Assembly: GCA_012295275.1 (NCBI GenBank)
Contig: CM022665.1
Span: forward strand, 35,526,001-35,590,000
DNA from: Chrysomallon squamiferum
Taxonomy: Eukaryota > Animalia > Mollusca
Direction of reading: 5' to 3'
DNA: 64,000 bases
Below the pieces are notes generated by a model. That model did no database searches. It had not been told where the DNA came from and saw nothing but the letters and a program-made list of their open reading frames with translations. Below are positions 37,216 to 53,498 of this stretch, one piece after another (position 1 is the first letter of the stretch; every line of letters begins with the position of its first letter). A program made the position numbers and the translations under genes.

Positions 37216-40200
37216 GTCAGACTGCTGGTTATGAGAAAGAGACATCAACATGAAGACTGTGAAGAGTATAATGAAGCCGCCAGGAATCAATAAATAAGAG
37301 TTGTCTTGTAACTACAGAACAACCCATCTATTTTCAACAAGATCATCATCTACAGTCCAAATGAAGCATTTCATTAGGTCGATGGCACCATTTCGTCAAT
37401 TTCAATTGAAAGACACTTCTTCTGATTTGTTTAGTGTACCAAGAACAATTTTCTTTTTTTAATGTCTGTATTTTGGATTACTACAGTCGACTACTTCGCA
37501 GTGTTGTAGAGATTTTTGTTTGTTTAATATTTAAACAAGCTGGGTCTAATTGATATTTTTTTTTCTTTATACAACCTTAAAATTATACGTTTGTGCTTTT
37601 CAGGCTGATTGAATGTGCATGTCTGTGTGTTTGTGTGTATGTGTGCGTGCGCCTTACTTTTTAAACAGCTGTTTGTCTGTGTGTCTGTAATTCTGTTATT
37701 GATTTATCTATATGTGTTTGGTAATTTCTGTTTATACTAACACATGTTAATGTTACATTCTGTAATGAAACGTTTTCACGAAATCTTAGAGACGTAAGAT
37801 TCACTAAAGTTTTCAGGATATCTAGTGGAAAATTATAGAATCATAATATCTACAGTTAGTTTTATTTCTTTTACACTGTAATACGAATACATCTGAAGCT
37901 ATAGCGTTTCAGTTCCAGAAACATACAACGGCAGACAAAATCACTTTTATTTTACACTTGTGTACTTATTTATAAAAAATCTACTGCGTTTTTGAGTTAT
38001 TTAATAATATCTAGGTTTATCTGTGCTTAATTAATTCGTAAAACGATCATATTCGGGGCAATATTACAGATCATATTCTTTCATTATGGCAAATTTATTG
38101 CATGGCCAGATTTAAAAGAATATTATACAAGTTTTATTTGTGCACTGTAATTTTGTGACATGGTCACGTTTAGAGAAATATAAAAGTATTATAATTCGAA
38201 AATTTCTTCACGTAAATATGTCATTAAAAGAACAGCTTTCCAAGATTCTCTCTGCAAAATCCCATTTACGTTTTTACCCGCCTTTGTGTATCAAGGCAAT
38301 GAAAGGAGCTTATTGACTTCTGAATATTGCACTAAATTATTTTCTGCCACTGGTGTCCTACCCAGCGAACTTTTCCTTAACAGCATATCATTCTATTAAG
38401 CACAGAGTACAAAATATGCAACGGGGGCCACTATTACTTTTTATAGTGATAAAATCTATAAACGTTGAAGCGAACATTTCTCGAGGGAACCAGCTATTCT
38501 GCAGCCAGTGGAAGCAATTTGCATCTTTATGGTTGTGTCGTTCATAAACATGGTTAAGCTATTACTGCGGTACTGGTATAAAACAGAAGTGTTTCGTATA
38601 ACATGGCTATGAAATTGTACGGACCTTGTCGAAATTTGAAATACAAGCCAATTAGGCCATTTGTTTTCTTCCTTTTTCCCCCTTTCTGTCTCCATTTTTT
38701 GTTTCCCTTCTTGTTTCATTTTCCTTTAATAAGTTTTAGTTTACAAAGTTAATAACTCAATGTTTTTCTGATTCAGAAATGCTAGGTCTAAAATTAGATA
38801 GAGTTCTTTTTCACGATTTGTAAAGTTTTATAGTTATTTATTATTTACTTTTATTACACAGAAAACATACTGCTGGTTTATGTTATTTCCAGCTGTCAGT
38901 GTTTTATTTTTAGATACATATCGGCGTATGATCTATTGCTTAAAATCAGTCAGTTCGAAATATCATCTGGTCATCGAGTTTAACCTGCTTGTTTTTTTGG
39001 CTCGTGTATTTGTATCAGACAAAATAATACAACTCAAAACAGTATTCATGGAGAGTAACTTAACTACCTCACCTACGAACTCTCCGCTTTGTTGCAAATC
39101 GTCTACAGTCTTCTGACGTAATTGTACACGAAAGCTTACGTGTACTTTCACTTGACGAATTTACGGAGATAAGCGATGTTTATACGTGACAGATGACAAA
39201 TGAAAATAGTTGTTTTTTGTAAATCTGGTAGAAATACAAACTATCAAGAGTTGTGCTGAGTGAAAATCGTAGATCTGTCATGGCATTTAGGATTCAATAT
39301 CTGCTACTGATGTACAGCTATTACTGTTGTCTGCTGTGTCAACCAGTTTTTACTACTGATTATAGTACTATTATTATTTCAGCTGCTATTACTTCTACAA
39401 TTACTACTACAGCAATAACTGCTGTTGTTACGACTACAGCAACAACTACTACTACTACTACTCCCACCACTACAACTACTTACTACTAATATTAATACTA
39501 ATAATAATTGTATAAAAAAAACCCAGCAATAACACACCTTTTTATCGATATAGGAAAGTTTCATGCAACAGTAGAAATGAAACAACAACAAACAACCCGC
39601 AGCACACACATACAAAAAAAAAAAAAAAAAAAAAATAAAAAAATAAAAATAAACAAAACCCTGAAAATGACCATCACCGCAACCAACACCATCACCACCA
39701 ACAACCCCCCTAAAAGAAACCCAAAATACCCCAAACAAACAACCCACAACAAACAAAAAAACCGAAAGAAAAAAAAATTAACAAAAAGAAAAAAGAAGGA
39801 AAAAAGTAAAACCAATAACTGTAATCTAATGACGTGTAAACTTCTGGCAAATAATATCAAAGTGAAATACAAACGTGTAATATTATTATGTGTAGTTTGC
39901 CAAGCAACTGGCCGTTGAACAAATATATGTTAAAAATATATAATTAAACATTGATAAATGTTTGTTTTTAAGACTGCGAAAATGCAGTAGATGAAGCTAA
40001 TTATCTCACAGGTATGTTAGTTGATATAATAACCTAACACGATAAATGCTTGTTTCCTGGATAAAGAAAATCCGGTAATTTCGGCTAATGGTTGAGTCAT
40101 CGTGTAATGTTAGTCATTTCTTCTTTTTTAATTCTCTCTCTCTCTCAGTGTTTGAATATGCGTGTCTATATGTTTTTTATGCACGTATGTGTCTATGTGT

Positions 40201-41119
40201 TTCTGAGATTTAGGAATGAATATTCTGTCGTCTTATGTATTTCTGGTTAGACTTTGCACATAGACAGTATTTGGAAACGCTCTGGCACCATATGAAAAAG
40301 TCCAATCATGATCTCACAAATGTCAAATGCCGCTGACAAGACTTAAACGTACGTCATCCATTCTCCGGAGGCGGAGAGTGATACAGCTGGACTGTTAAGA
40401 GAACCCTGTGTACTAGTCGACGGTAATTAGCACTTCCTTCTCTATATGTGTCTGTGCGTGCGCGTGAATATATGCGTGCGCCAAAAATAAAAGACCCTTT
40501 CCTGCCTCGTAACAGTAACATTTAAACATGTGTAATACTTGTTCAGTGTTATTTAAATAAATAAAAGTCACAGCGCACGTAGATTATTTTTACTCCGATT
40601 GGTTCCTTTTCGTTATCTTTATCTGTCTGTCTCATACCTGTGTCGGTCTGTGTAACTGTTATTTCAAGGTTTTCATCCTTCAGCGTTATGTATTTTCTTT
40701 TTATCTTTGACTCATTTTTATTTTTATTGTTATTTTTTTAATGTATACGTAATGTTTTTTCAATACGTAAAATATAAAGACTGCTTTCATAAAATGTAAA
40801 AGAAAAGAAAATGAACACATTAAATCAAAACTAAAATTTCAGAATCGATTTTATTTTCTGCATCACATCATAGAAAAGTCATTGCTATAAATGTGTATGT
40901 GTCTTATAATGCGATGATGTATGAGTGTTGTCTAACCAACTGTTTGAAAAAAAAAAAAGTTTCAGGAAGTCTGAGGGGAAAAAAAAAATTATTTCTTTAA
41001 AACTAATCGTGGTAAACCGACGGAAACAAGCTTACTACCCTTTATTCATCATACATATCATCAATCATTAAATTGTAATTTTATCATTGTTCACTAGAAA
41101 TGGATGGATGGATGAGTGG

Positions 41120-41430
41120 ATAAATAAACGAAGAAACGAAAGTTTAGCAACATTTCAGCATTAATATCAGCGTCATAATGTTTCTTTGTAAAATCTTACA
41201 CCTTCGCATAATGCTTACCTGAAAATGGAGTTTCATGTAGCCAAAGCTTGGACTAGTTTTATCAGTTAACAGCAAATGACAATTTACATAAACACAAAAA
41301 CACATATCACAGCTTTAGGCGATCCTTTCGTGAAGCACAGAAATGGGTGAGAAATAGCCTCATGGATACACTAAGGAGAATCGTCCTTGTGACCTATCAC
41401 ATTTGATGTCGCTTATCACACAGAAATGTG
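41120..41430 (-). mobile_element. Degenerate near-full-length copy of the same SINE-like family
   Basis: TCAGTTAACAGCAA...CACATATCACAGCTTT...GAGAAATAGCCTCATGGATACAC...GACCTATCACA reads as the reverse complement of the family body and tRNA-like head. Heavily diverged. Confidence 0.45.
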
Positions 41431-42897
41431 TTCAGAAGGTTACCACGAATGTATTTTCAATTACTTGAAGGCCCAAAAACGGTTACGGACAAAACAAACA
41501 CGATGGAACTTAGTTCCTTCCTTACCTATTTTTTTTCATTTGTAATTTTCTTCTGTGTTTTCTTTCGTTTACATTTTCTGTCACTCGTTTCATTTATGAT
41601 TTATTTCTCATTTTTATCTAAATGTTATTTATTTACATATTTATTTTACACCAAGCCACCAAAAGGGAAGAGCAGTCACCCCAACCGACATTTATATATT
41701 GCTTCTGAGATAGCGTTTTGACACGCAAAATAAATTCTGGGAACGAGAAAATAATTGAAGATATAGAGTGGTAAACGTTGCTGCCGCGAGGCAGGAAACA
41801 GTCTGCTCAACATTTTCTGTCATTTGTAATATTTTATGTTAAAAAACACCCTCAGAAACGTGCTGAGTTGTAATCGTTTACCATTCCTACAAGTTCTCGA
41901 GCCAGAGGTGAAAAAAACCCCTAGAAGAATGTCTAAATATATCTCTGTAGTTCTGAAGTTCTAATACATTATGAATGACGAAGACTGAGGAGTGATGAGT
42001 GATTTTGTATGACTGTTGTATTACTGATATGACGTATAGTATCTAAGTTACTACAAATTTTAATGCTGTTTGTAGCATTTTATTGTTCTTTTTCTAAATT
42101 ATAGTATGTAAGTTATTACTTATGTAAGTTCAGTGAGCGAATGTTACACCAATAGAAAAATAAATTAATTCCAATATTTAACTTTGAAATACAGAAAAAT
42201 CTCTTTATTTCGATATCTCAAAGTTAAATATACGAATTAATTTATTTTTTGATTGGTGTAACATTCAGTGTTCAGTACTACAAGTTCAACACATAATTAT
42301 GATCTTCTAGTCAATATATCGTTTAAACGTACAGACATATTACATACAATCGCACGTACACACACACACACACATTTTTCTTTTTTGATGAATATCAACA
42401 CGTACATCATTTCAAATGTAAATTCTTGAGACTGTAGATTTTGAACTGATCACTTGAAAAAACAAGATTATAATTCAGAGTACCTGAAATAATCTTGATA
42501 ACAGTTGACAGCTATTTGTTTCAATTACAGTACACAGTCAGAGTGAAAGATAAGATACAAGTGGAAACATACGAAAACCTCCCACAACGATCTTATTTCC
42601 AGACTAAATCATTACTGAAGCAGTCATTGATTAATTTATTTAAAAAAAAAAAAAATCCATTACTGCATGTACTAATTCTTCGTATACCAACTGGTTTTAT
42701 CAGTGACACGTCATTATCTACAGTGATGTATTTTCTTAATATTTTGTAAACATCAGATGATATAATGTGAAATTATTACATCTTCAGTTTTTATCACGTA
42801 TGTTGATTTTGTTCTACGTGTAGAAAAAGAAAAAAAGAGTTATATTAACAAACCGTAAATTTCATTGTCAATTAACCTGTCTGACTTTTATGCATTT

Positions 42898-42899
<2 letters not shown>

Positions 42900-42952
<53 letters not shown>
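42900..42952. repeat. (CA)n microsatellite
   Basis: Direct observation. Confidence 0.95.
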
Positions 42953-42954
<2 letters not shown>

Positions 42955-44762
42955 TACTTACATATATATATGTTCAAGTTTTAAAGTACGTGATAAAAAT
43001 GACTACTCCTCTGGATGAATGAAAAAAAAAAAAAGATTCCATTTTATCCCCATGAGGTACAAGCTGATACTTAGAAAGCACCGTATGTTATTTATATCAG
43101 AGGTAAGCTTGGTGGATTATGATTCATATGATTGCTAAACTGTCAGGCTTCTGCGTGTTTCTGTAATTGTTAAATGGCGTGTCGGCAAGAAGAGGAAGCA
43201 TTATCGGCACTTATGAATGGACCTGGCGGCAAAAATGGCGGGCAGACGTCGGAGCACGTCCCAACACAAAAGGAATTTGTAATCATGTTTTGTAAAGATA
43301 CAGTCCATTATTGAACCGAGCCGCAAAACGAAACGTGACTTCGAACTACTGTAGCCGATGTCTGTATTAACATGGTATCATATACAGGCTTTGCTCATGA
43401 TGAATCGCAAAGATAGCAGATTCCGGATAATTCCGGTAGTAAGAGATCGTGTCAGATCGGCGATTTGTACGCGCGCCCCGAACAATTATTAGCATTATTT
43501 ACTGCAGATCCTTGTTTGAGTAACCGGATGTTCTTCTTCTTGTCTAACATTCGACCTTCAGTGGAAGGCATTCATGTCCTAATTGCTTGACTCTGCCAGT
43601 TGAACGGCGAAATGACTACATTGATTTTTGTGAAGAACTCTCGAGATAATTGCGCGAGGTTGTCTTAACTAGCACATTTATAAGGAGAACGGCTTATTAG
43701 TACTGTGCATGTTCTAACACAAGCCGAACAAATAGTATCTTAACGTAAGTCAGAACAGCTATGACATCAACGAATTTATCTGTGATAATAGTTCACCACT
43801 ACTATTATTGCTGTCATCACCATCATCACCGTTGACGATACTGTTGTTGTTTATATGTTTTTCCTTATTTTGGCGTATCTGTTACAAAGAACATACAAAC
43901 ATTTCCTAAAATACCTTTTGTTCATTCTACATTTTTTGCACTACTGAGATACGTTTTTCTCATTGATCCATATTACTTTATTACTCAAAACAGCGTGTAA
44001 ACCATGAAACCTTTTCCGCTCCTATAACTTTATTGAAGGTTCTCTAAATAGCAGCGTAAGCTACCACGAAACAGTGATAGAAATGATTTAGTTAACTTCT
44101 ATAGGAAACTGAGAAATAATTACTGGAAAAAGTAAAAGAATAGATGGATGCTTGAAGATCTCCCAGTCCAAGGATACCACTGATGGACAACATATTAAAG
44201 TAAAATAAAGGTATTTTGAAGGAACATTTACTACACATAAACTACCTAGATACATCCACGTCCTTGCTTGGAAAGGACTTCTAAAACAGACAATAAACGA
44301 ATGAAAATAAAGTTAATTTTAAAAATATTTAATCCCTATTTATCAGAAATATATATATATATATATATATGAAAAGTTTCGGTTCCTTTTATATATCGTT
44401 TTACTTAGTATTTTTGTATTTCAGATATCGTTTTCTTTTGTTTATTTATTTATTTATTTATTTCAGGAAGCAGATAGCACTGGTTAAATTTCATACAACA
44501 AGTACAGACTGCTAGAGAAATGACATTTATGTTAACAGTAAACTTGATTAACTTGAACAGCCCGTGTACAGCTGTGCAGAACCTCTAAAATACAGACTAT
44601 TCCATTTTACTTACATTAACTGTAAAGTGATACTTTAAATAAACATAGATTATGTGTTAACAGCATTTCTGGCTATATATTTTGTACATTTCATTATCGT
44701 TCAATTTTATGATTGCGAAACATATGCAGTGAGTATTAGAAAAAATGTCTGCGTCAGATAAA

Positions 44763-44890
<128 letters not shown>

Positions 44891-46462
44891 ATAAATGAGT
44901 AAGTAAATAATAAAACCTACATGAAATCGACTTAGAATAAATGTATCAATTTACATGAAAAACCTTTTACAAGATTTTCTTTAATTTCCAATTATTCTTT
45001 CAGTCTTTCAAAAAGTTTTTCCTTTATTTTTCAGAAATTTTATTTGAAACCTGTTTTGTGCACGTGAATAGACATTACAAACACTATAAGTAATTCTATC
45101 CCATTTGTACAATATCATAATAAAAATTCAAATCTTAAAAATTACCTAAAAAACCCCCTTACGGTTTATTTCTTTATTCATTACTTCAGTAATTCATTTG
45201 TTCATTCGTCTGTTCGTTCATTCATTCGTTCGTTCATTGATCTTTATTTAAATCGTTTCATTTGTTCTTTATTTAATCGTTTTGGGTTGTTTTTTTGTTT
45301 ATTCATTTTATTTGTTCTGTTTTTTTAATCATTTCATTTGTTCTTTATTTAATTGTTTCATTTGTTCATTAATCTGTTCATTCATTACTTTGTTATTTCG
45401 TAATTAATCAGCCTGTTCGTTCTATTTCTTCCTTTCTTCTTTTCACCCACTTTTTCGTTTATCAGACAGAAATCTTTCGAAAGGCGGCAAGTGCAGGATA
45501 ATCAGGAAATAAAGCCGAAAATTCCCAAACGAGCTGTTTTAACGACAAAACAGCTATGTTATCAAGATAAACAAATCGATCTCTTTCTCAAGCAAGACAA
45601 TTTTCAAACTTTTCGCTACTTACCATCATCCATCAGACAGTTAATGTTCAAGTTATGAGGACACAGTTTTAATCAGTCGATTGAAACAGGTTAATGGAAA
45701 TAATTTATCGAAAGATCACACATCTAGGTTGATCGATGACAATATTTTCACTCTGTGCAAAAGGTAAATGGGGAAAGAAATCGTTTAAATTCGTATAAAC
45801 TGCGGATTATACGGACTTTTTGCCGCCCGCAGAGTCGTTACAAAGTCTAAATCTATATCTGACATTTTCCTCTATATGTCCTTACATCGAGATATATGAA
45901 ATTGCAAAAATGGACGACTGAATGAATGTGTGAATGATTTGTTTTAGCTATTAAACTAGAATTACTTAGGATCCCAAGAATTATTGATATAGCCGTAGGG
46001 TTATTGCATACATGTCGGTACAAGGTCATTTTATATACTACTACAAGCAGACACACCAAAAGAACGACTATTTGAAGAATAACATCAGCACTATCGTAAT
46101 CAGTTTGGCATCCACTGGTTTTTGTTAATAATTGAGAATAGTTCTTTAGAAAGTATCATGCGCTATAAATAACCTTCTTCCTATGCTGTTTAGGGCCAAT
46201 GGGAAAACGCGTTATAAATAATAAACACTGTATTCCAGACAGACTTAATCGGTGTTATAATTTGTTAGCAGGGAAAGTAATATTCTCCATTTTTCTTTTA
46301 TTATTTTTAATTATGATAATACTATTAGTTTCACAATGTTATTGAAAGATTTAGGAACTGTCGTCTTTAATTTAATATAATCTATAATCTTGACTGTACT
46401 TTAAATATTGGATTGTTAGCAGAAAAATGACAAATATTGATGATGAAATGATAGTAAATAAA

Positions 46463-46493
<31 letters not shown>

Positions 46494-48309
46494 TACAGCA
46501 TTAGTAGTATTATTCGTAGTAATAGCAGCAGTGGTAGTGACAGTAGTAGCTGTAATGAATAAAATATTCTTCTCGAATATTAAATCACAGAGAATTTAAT
46601 TTAACTGGAATTTATAATCAATACTGAAAATATTATTTTACTCTTAACAAAGAACTAGAAAACACCTTTTAACAAATCTAGATGGCCAAATGTAAACGAT
46701 CTAACACTGAAACTGCAGAGAATTTTTATTATTTTAATTTTTTTAATTTTGTTTTTATAAAAATTAATAGATAAATTAATAAACAACTTAATGCCTAAAC
46801 GATAGAGTATATCAATCAGACAAACTAATACTTAAACTATAGACACTATCGTTAAATAAATAAATAAATATATAAATATGCTATTTAATACTAAAACAGT
46901 AGAGAATATTTTTTATCTTTAAACAGACAGACAGATACATATGCTTATTTAATACTAAAATAATAAAGAAATTTGATAAATAATATTAAACAAACGAACA
47001 AACAGACAAACAGACAGAGATAAGTCAGTAAGTAAGTAAATAAATAAATAAAGAAATAAACAACTCCACTAATACCGAGGCTATGGAGACTAATTATTAT
47101 TGAGCAAGTCAAATTATTTGTCCTTTGTGTGTTAACTTAGTTAGCCAACATAACGAGTAATCCTAGCATGGAGAGGGTTAATTTTCTTTTATGATTATCA
47201 TTCACAAAATCGATATAAACAGTTGCTCACAAAAGGCTGTGGCTGAGAATATTCGAAATGTTAAGCTTTGTGATGAAGATGAAGTAAAAAAAAAAAAAAT
47301 TCTGCAAGAAAGTAAATTGGCTTTTTTCTCCAGGATCGTCTTAAAATATCGCAGATTCAAATTCATACCACAGCTCTAAAGAAGAATGACAGGGAAACAA
47401 ATTAATGTATCATATATTCGAGTTGACATTATAATTTTAAAGATGAATGGATACATGGATGAATTTATCACGGATGGATGGATGGAATTACGATGGATGG
47501 ACGGACGGATGAATGGAAACAGATGGCTATTTTAGTCTACTTTATTTAATAAAAAGAATACGGAAAATAAAATTCACATAATTGCCTTCCAGTCCTTTCA
47601 GCCTACGTTCATAAATAAATAAAGTAATAACCCATACGCTAGTTTCATTTTCTAACATTACACATAAAACAGGACAATATTCATGAAATAAGATGACAAG
47701 CTGCTGTGTTTATTGAGATAGACAAAAAAGCGATCATGGGAAAACGAAACAGCATGCTAACTGTTAATGATTTATAGCTAAGTGCACACATGCGTAATTG
47801 AATTTATCTCAACAAAGCCTTAATATTGGTTTTGATTAATATAGTTATTGTAAAACTGCGGTCAGTCTGGGAGATTCAAAATCGATCTTATCAGAGTTAT
47901 TCTCGTACAGTCCGCAACACAGTTTTCAGCAATCAGTGTTTGTAAAACAAGGCATCTACACCAATAAAAGTGTGGGAGGGACGTGATAATAAAGACATGA
48001 AAAAAAAAAATGGATGGATAGATGAATGAATCAGTAAATGACAAAAGACATACAAAATGAATGGATGGGAAACAGAGAGATAAGAAAAGAGCAAATTAAT
48101 GAAATACAAAAGGTAACTGAAAATGACAGAAATTGAAAATGATATACATAAAACAAGAGTACTCGGTCAGTGGACACATCCAGTCAGCTGAATTTAGATT
48201 TAAAAACCAGATTAGAAAAACGTTATCGATTACAGTGACAAGTCTGACATCTATACATTAAAAAGAACATTTATAACACAAATATTCAAGGTCACTTAAT
48301 TAATATTTC

Positions 48310-48570
48310 AAATATTTTTGCGATACCCCGTGTCTTATTTTCCGTTCCAGTCTGTGTCTAATTGTTTCTCTGTCGAGTTTTACAGTGTATGCTTGAGTGT
48401 GTAATTATAAACGATTCCTTTCTGTTAATGAAAAGAATAGCCTGTGGAGGCATATTTCAGGTTTCCTCTCTCCTCGTTACGTAGATAACATTTGCCTGAT
48501 AGCTAATAACAGAAAAAATTAAAAACTATACAAATATGTTGAAATACAATTAATCAAATATTCATTCATT
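48310..48570 (+). mobile_element. Degenerate SINE-like copy
   Basis: TATTTTCCGTTCCAG...TTCTGTTAATGAAAAGAATAGCCTGTGG...GGTTTCCTCTCTC...ATTCATTCATT tail; colinear with the 17749 copy. Confidence 0.45.
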
Positions 48571-49123
48571 ACACAGATAATAATATATTTCGCATCACTT
48601 AAACATAAACATTAAAAATGTCTAGATATTGTTAAACACTTTATTCATTCATTACATATGATAACGATTAACAGGTGTCGAATATGACCGTATCACAGAT
48701 AAATAAGACAATAATAATAAAACAATTAATATAGTATGTGCATGTGTCGCGGTTTCTGTAAACGCAGATTAATTAATTCATTAGAAAACAGAAAATTAGA
48801 TGATATATAAATTATCCCGGTTCGCGGTGTTCACTACAAAGGAAAACACACGTATTAACATTGTTTCAAGGGGATAATTTAAACAGACAAAAGCTGTACA
48901 AACAAATCGATTACAATGTGCTCTGTATTATACTAACAATGAGATGAACACAAGTTGTGTTTCTCGGTCAAAATCGATTCTAGGAATTTCTGACATTTTC
49001 GCATAATTAGAGAAATTGGTCGTGGCTTTAATTTAGCTGATTGTTCTAGGATACGAAAAACAGGCCTTAAGAGAGAAACAGGAGACACAAGAATGAAAAC
49101 TGAGGAAATAAAATATAAAAAAT

Positions 49124-49125
<2 letters not shown>

Positions 49126-49168
<43 letters not shown>

Positions 49169-49180
49169 GCGCGCGCACAC
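49126..49180. repeat. (CA)n(CG)n alternating purine-pyrimidine tract
   Basis: A CA run joined to CGCGCGCGCG. Confidence 0.9.
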
Positions 49181-50209
49181 ATATATAAACATACAAACAG
49201 GTTCATTATAACTGAAAATCACTACAAAATGTACTTCTAGAACTTCCGACTCGCAACACGATTTGTAGCCATAGTGAATTTCAACAATAAATATATTTTA
49301 AAATCCAAATCTTCTTTTCTCTTATCCTTTTTACAGATAAGTTCTATCATGCACAGATCAGAGGTTATACATTTTTTAAATTGCACAAGGAAACTACGGT
49401 AGCCTCTCTATAAGATATCAACAGATAAAGAGAGGTAGCCATAAAAACAGAGCCACACATGCAAGGAGGAAACGAGAGAGAAGATTAGCGAAATGCTCCA
49501 TGATAGATATGGATATAAAACGTTATCATTAATATGTTGTTAATCGTTTAATACAAATTATACCTGTGAGAAAGTTAATTTATTTCTTTATTAGAATTTC
49601 AAGTTCATGGACAAGAATATTGTTGTTAAAATCAATTTGATGGGCAGTAAGTACACACGGACACGTGTTTAGTTCATTAAAAGTGAAATCTGATAAATAA
49701 TATTTAATTTCAAAATTTTTAAACTTTCGCTATCTGTAATACTGTGAAAAATTTGCATCAGTGAACGTTTATACGTGAAACTTAGAAATGTGCGGGTTTA
49801 AATGATGTATACCAGATGTAAAACAAATCTTGAAATAAGAAACGTGTTTTGTTTTGTAATTTTTTTTTTGAAAACACATACATACATACATATATAATTT
49901 AATTGTGAAGAAAATATAATTAGTGTATGAGTAAAGAATATAATTAGGAATTTGTTATGCTGTAAAATGATCATGATAATAAATGTTATAACTATAATAA
50001 CAAACATGACAATGTTGACTATAATAAATAATATGATGATGATAATGAATATGATTTGACGGTGACGAAGTCGAAGTCGGTGATGATGATAATGACGATG
50101 TCGATGATGATGATGATAATGACTATAATAATTATAAAAATAATAATAAATTTAAAAGTAGTAGTAGTAGTTGGTGTTGTTGTTGTAGAAATGGTAGCGG
50201 TAGTATAGT

Positions 50210-50212
<3 letters not shown>

Positions 50213-50265
<53 letters not shown>
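50213..50265. repeat. (AAT)n microsatellite
   Basis: Direct observation. Confidence 0.95.
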
Positions 50266-50269
<4 letters not shown>

Positions 50270-50914
50270 AGCGGTAGCAGCAACACCAGTAATAACAATA
50301 AAATAACGATTTTTTTTTTTTTTATAACCTTTTTAGTTTGATTAACTGTATATATTCTTTACGTAGCAGACACACACAGTATCCACACTTATTATTTATA
50401 GAGTCGTTATTTACTTGGATACCGTGCCTGGTGACACATCATATTATTCTACCTGTTTTTCTCTTCACACAACGAGAATTGTTCCAAACTGTAAAAGTGC
50501 CAACATTCCACAAGACAGTGAGAGTTGCCATAGAACATTTGTAAAACAAGATCTAACAAGTACTCGTCATACAGAAATCAACAATAAGTAATTCAAGATG
50601 CGTTAATAACCAGCTCAAAGAGTTTATTGTTTTGGTAATACGGTCTTTGCTTTTTATTTGTATTATTAGCCTCTTTTTTTTTTTAAAGTAATGACTCAGG
50701 ACAGAAATATTTACAGAACAACTGGAAGATATTTTTTGTCGTCAGAACTGGATTTGAAGTAAAGTAAATTAATATTTTATTGTTGAGGAAACTAAAGTGC
50801 ATACCATTTATAATAGAATATAATTTATATCAAAATGTCAGCGCGATCATAACCTAATATAGAAATAATAGCAGTGGTAATGCTGATATGATATAATAAT
50901 AACAATAATAATAA

Positions 50915-50992
<78 letters not shown>
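50915..50992. repeat. (AAT)n(GAT)n compound microsatellite
   Basis: Direct observation. Confidence 0.95.
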
Positions 50993-53441
50993 AATAGTAT
51001 AAAAAACAACAATAATAAATAAAATAATTAATATAAAATAACATAAATAATAAAGTAACAATGACTGTAAAATACTAATGCCGCAGAACTATTAAACAAA
51101 AACAAGATAACAACAGGAGACTTCTGGTTAGGGACGATAGATGTGTGAACTAACGGAAAACGACTACGGGCTTTCATGAAAATTCTAAAAGCTAATTAAA
51201 TTTGGCTTACCACCAAGTCAAGACTGACCAGACTTCACACACAAGAAAGAGGATTTTTTATTTCGTAGTCGTGTTGGCTTGTTGCCTCGATCCATCTCAC
51301 GTAACCTACAGCATGAGAAGAAATTTTCAAGTCAGACTCCAGAGTTAATCTTGGTCTCCTGAGCAGGTTTGAAAAGACAAGACGTCCATGACAGATGGAT
51401 GATGCACCACGAGTACAGTGTTTTCACTTCACAGGGCCAAGATCACAGACAACACGGCTATCTTTTCCTTTCACAAATTACAGATCAATTTCGGTTTACA
51501 AAACTGGACGGCTCAGCGAAATTAGCCGGGGAAGTATCTCGTGGATGTGCACAGCACGTCAAACCTACTCCTTAAGCCTAATTTCCTGAGGGCATTCACG
51601 CTGCCGTTGGAAAGATGCTTGCTAAAATCACACATCGCCAACGACGGCCTCCTAGAATCTTTAAAACATTAATACAGTTTGAAGACAGACAGTGTTGTAT
51701 ACCTTGTGCCCTGTTTCACACAAACTCTGATCTACAGCTATGAAGTTTATTACGTTTGAAGAGTAAAAACATTTAGCGACTTTTAAAATTCCACTTCAGA
51801 TAACGAACGTCCTGTACGAAGTGACGATTCTTCTTCTTATCGATACAGACCTTGTAATCATATATTCTAAACACATCAGCATTATTTCCTCCCTGCAAAT
51901 CTTTCACTGTATGCTGGCGAACTTTAGAGGTGTATTAATCCTGGGTTCTGAAGTTCTGCTTATGTCTGATAATCGAAAGGAACAAAAAACCCAAACGATT
52001 TCACTTCAGGGGATCTCGTCTGCACGGTTACATAGTTCGTCTGCCGTTAGCAACAGTTCACGCCTGCTCGCTAATAATTCTAATGTCACTCGTTATTACA
52101 GCAAATGGTGTGCGTGGTATTGCATTCCCGATGCGTACAGGGAATTCTGAGCGAGCTACGTCATCGCAATTCATGAAAAATCGTCTTCGTCAGAGTGTTA
52201 CATTGCGACAGTTCGCAAGGCCTTTTACCCTAATCGATATGAGGAGAAAAACTACTGCAGAACCGCGGCCGAGCTGTAACAATTGCAAAACTTCTGAAAT
52301 TTTCAATCGATCGCCAAAAAAAAAAAAAAAAAATAAAAAAAAAAAAAAAAAAAAAACAAGCGCACCTGCTCTTAATTGAGCATGCTCACTCGAAATATAA
52401 TATTTCTAAACTGACATGGCTTACATCTCTTTGCCATATTTTTTTTTAAATTACGTCAGTACTAGTTATTATATTCTCATGTTTTTTCTTTAAAAATATT
52501 TACAAAGAGAAAGGATGTTAGTTTTAGATCATTTTAATGATATTAATATAGGAGGTAATGAATCATACGTTTTGTTTTTTTGAACTGATTTATATTATCT
52601 CTTTTATTATTATTACTATTATTATTTTTATTATTATACCCAAGGAAGTAATAAATAAATAAAAAAAGATAGAAAGAAATAAAAATAAAAATAAAATAAG
52701 TGCATGTACCACGAGGACCATCAGAACCAAAGTCAGCAACAACAACAACAACAACAACCATAATACTAATGATGATGAAGATAATAATAGCAATAACAAA
52801 AAAATATAAAACAAAGTTTAATGAAAATTAAAATATCAGCACTAATTTAAAACAATCATAAACGTTTTTGTCACTTCTCAGTTACCTTTTCATTTTCACC
52901 ATTTTCCATTTTACTAAAAATAATTAATATTTTTATGAGACCTAGAAAATGAGAATTCTTTATTTTTTGTTAAACTTGTAAACACTTTTTTTTGTTTTTT
53001 TTAAAATCTTCCTCCCTCTTTTCTTTCTTCTTTTTCCGTTATTTTATTTTATTTTCGCTAAACTAAAACTTCAAATATAAAATATTTTAAATTACTAACA
53101 ATGAGAGCTATTCTTGGAGAAGCATACAGATGTGTCATATTAAAAACGTTCGTGAACATTTTTCTTTTTTTTCCCAGGAGTGTAACGTCTTCTAGCTGGC
53201 AGCTGCTGTCGAGTGTGTTAACAGTTTGACAAGTTTGTTAAAATCTACGAGAAGAAACTAAAATAAAGTTCGTGGATCTCTGACTTACACAAATATAAAC
53301 ACAGGAACTTGTTTTTTTAAATACACGAGAAAAACATGATTGACGTATTTAATTTTCTATTTGTTTTTGCTCCGTTAAAATCGCCTGGTAGTTAGACATT
53401 GTATCACCCTGGTTAATTAATTAATTAATTATTTTATTTTG

Positions 53442-53443
<2 letters not shown>

Positions 53444-53498
<55 letters not shown>
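53444..53498. repeat. (ATT)n microsatellite
   Basis: Direct observation. Confidence 0.95.

Noticed and set aside
51590-51610. Partial complement of miR-124 (GGCATTCACGCTGCC)
   Set aside because: Two gaps, no seed match and no flanking precursor hairpin.
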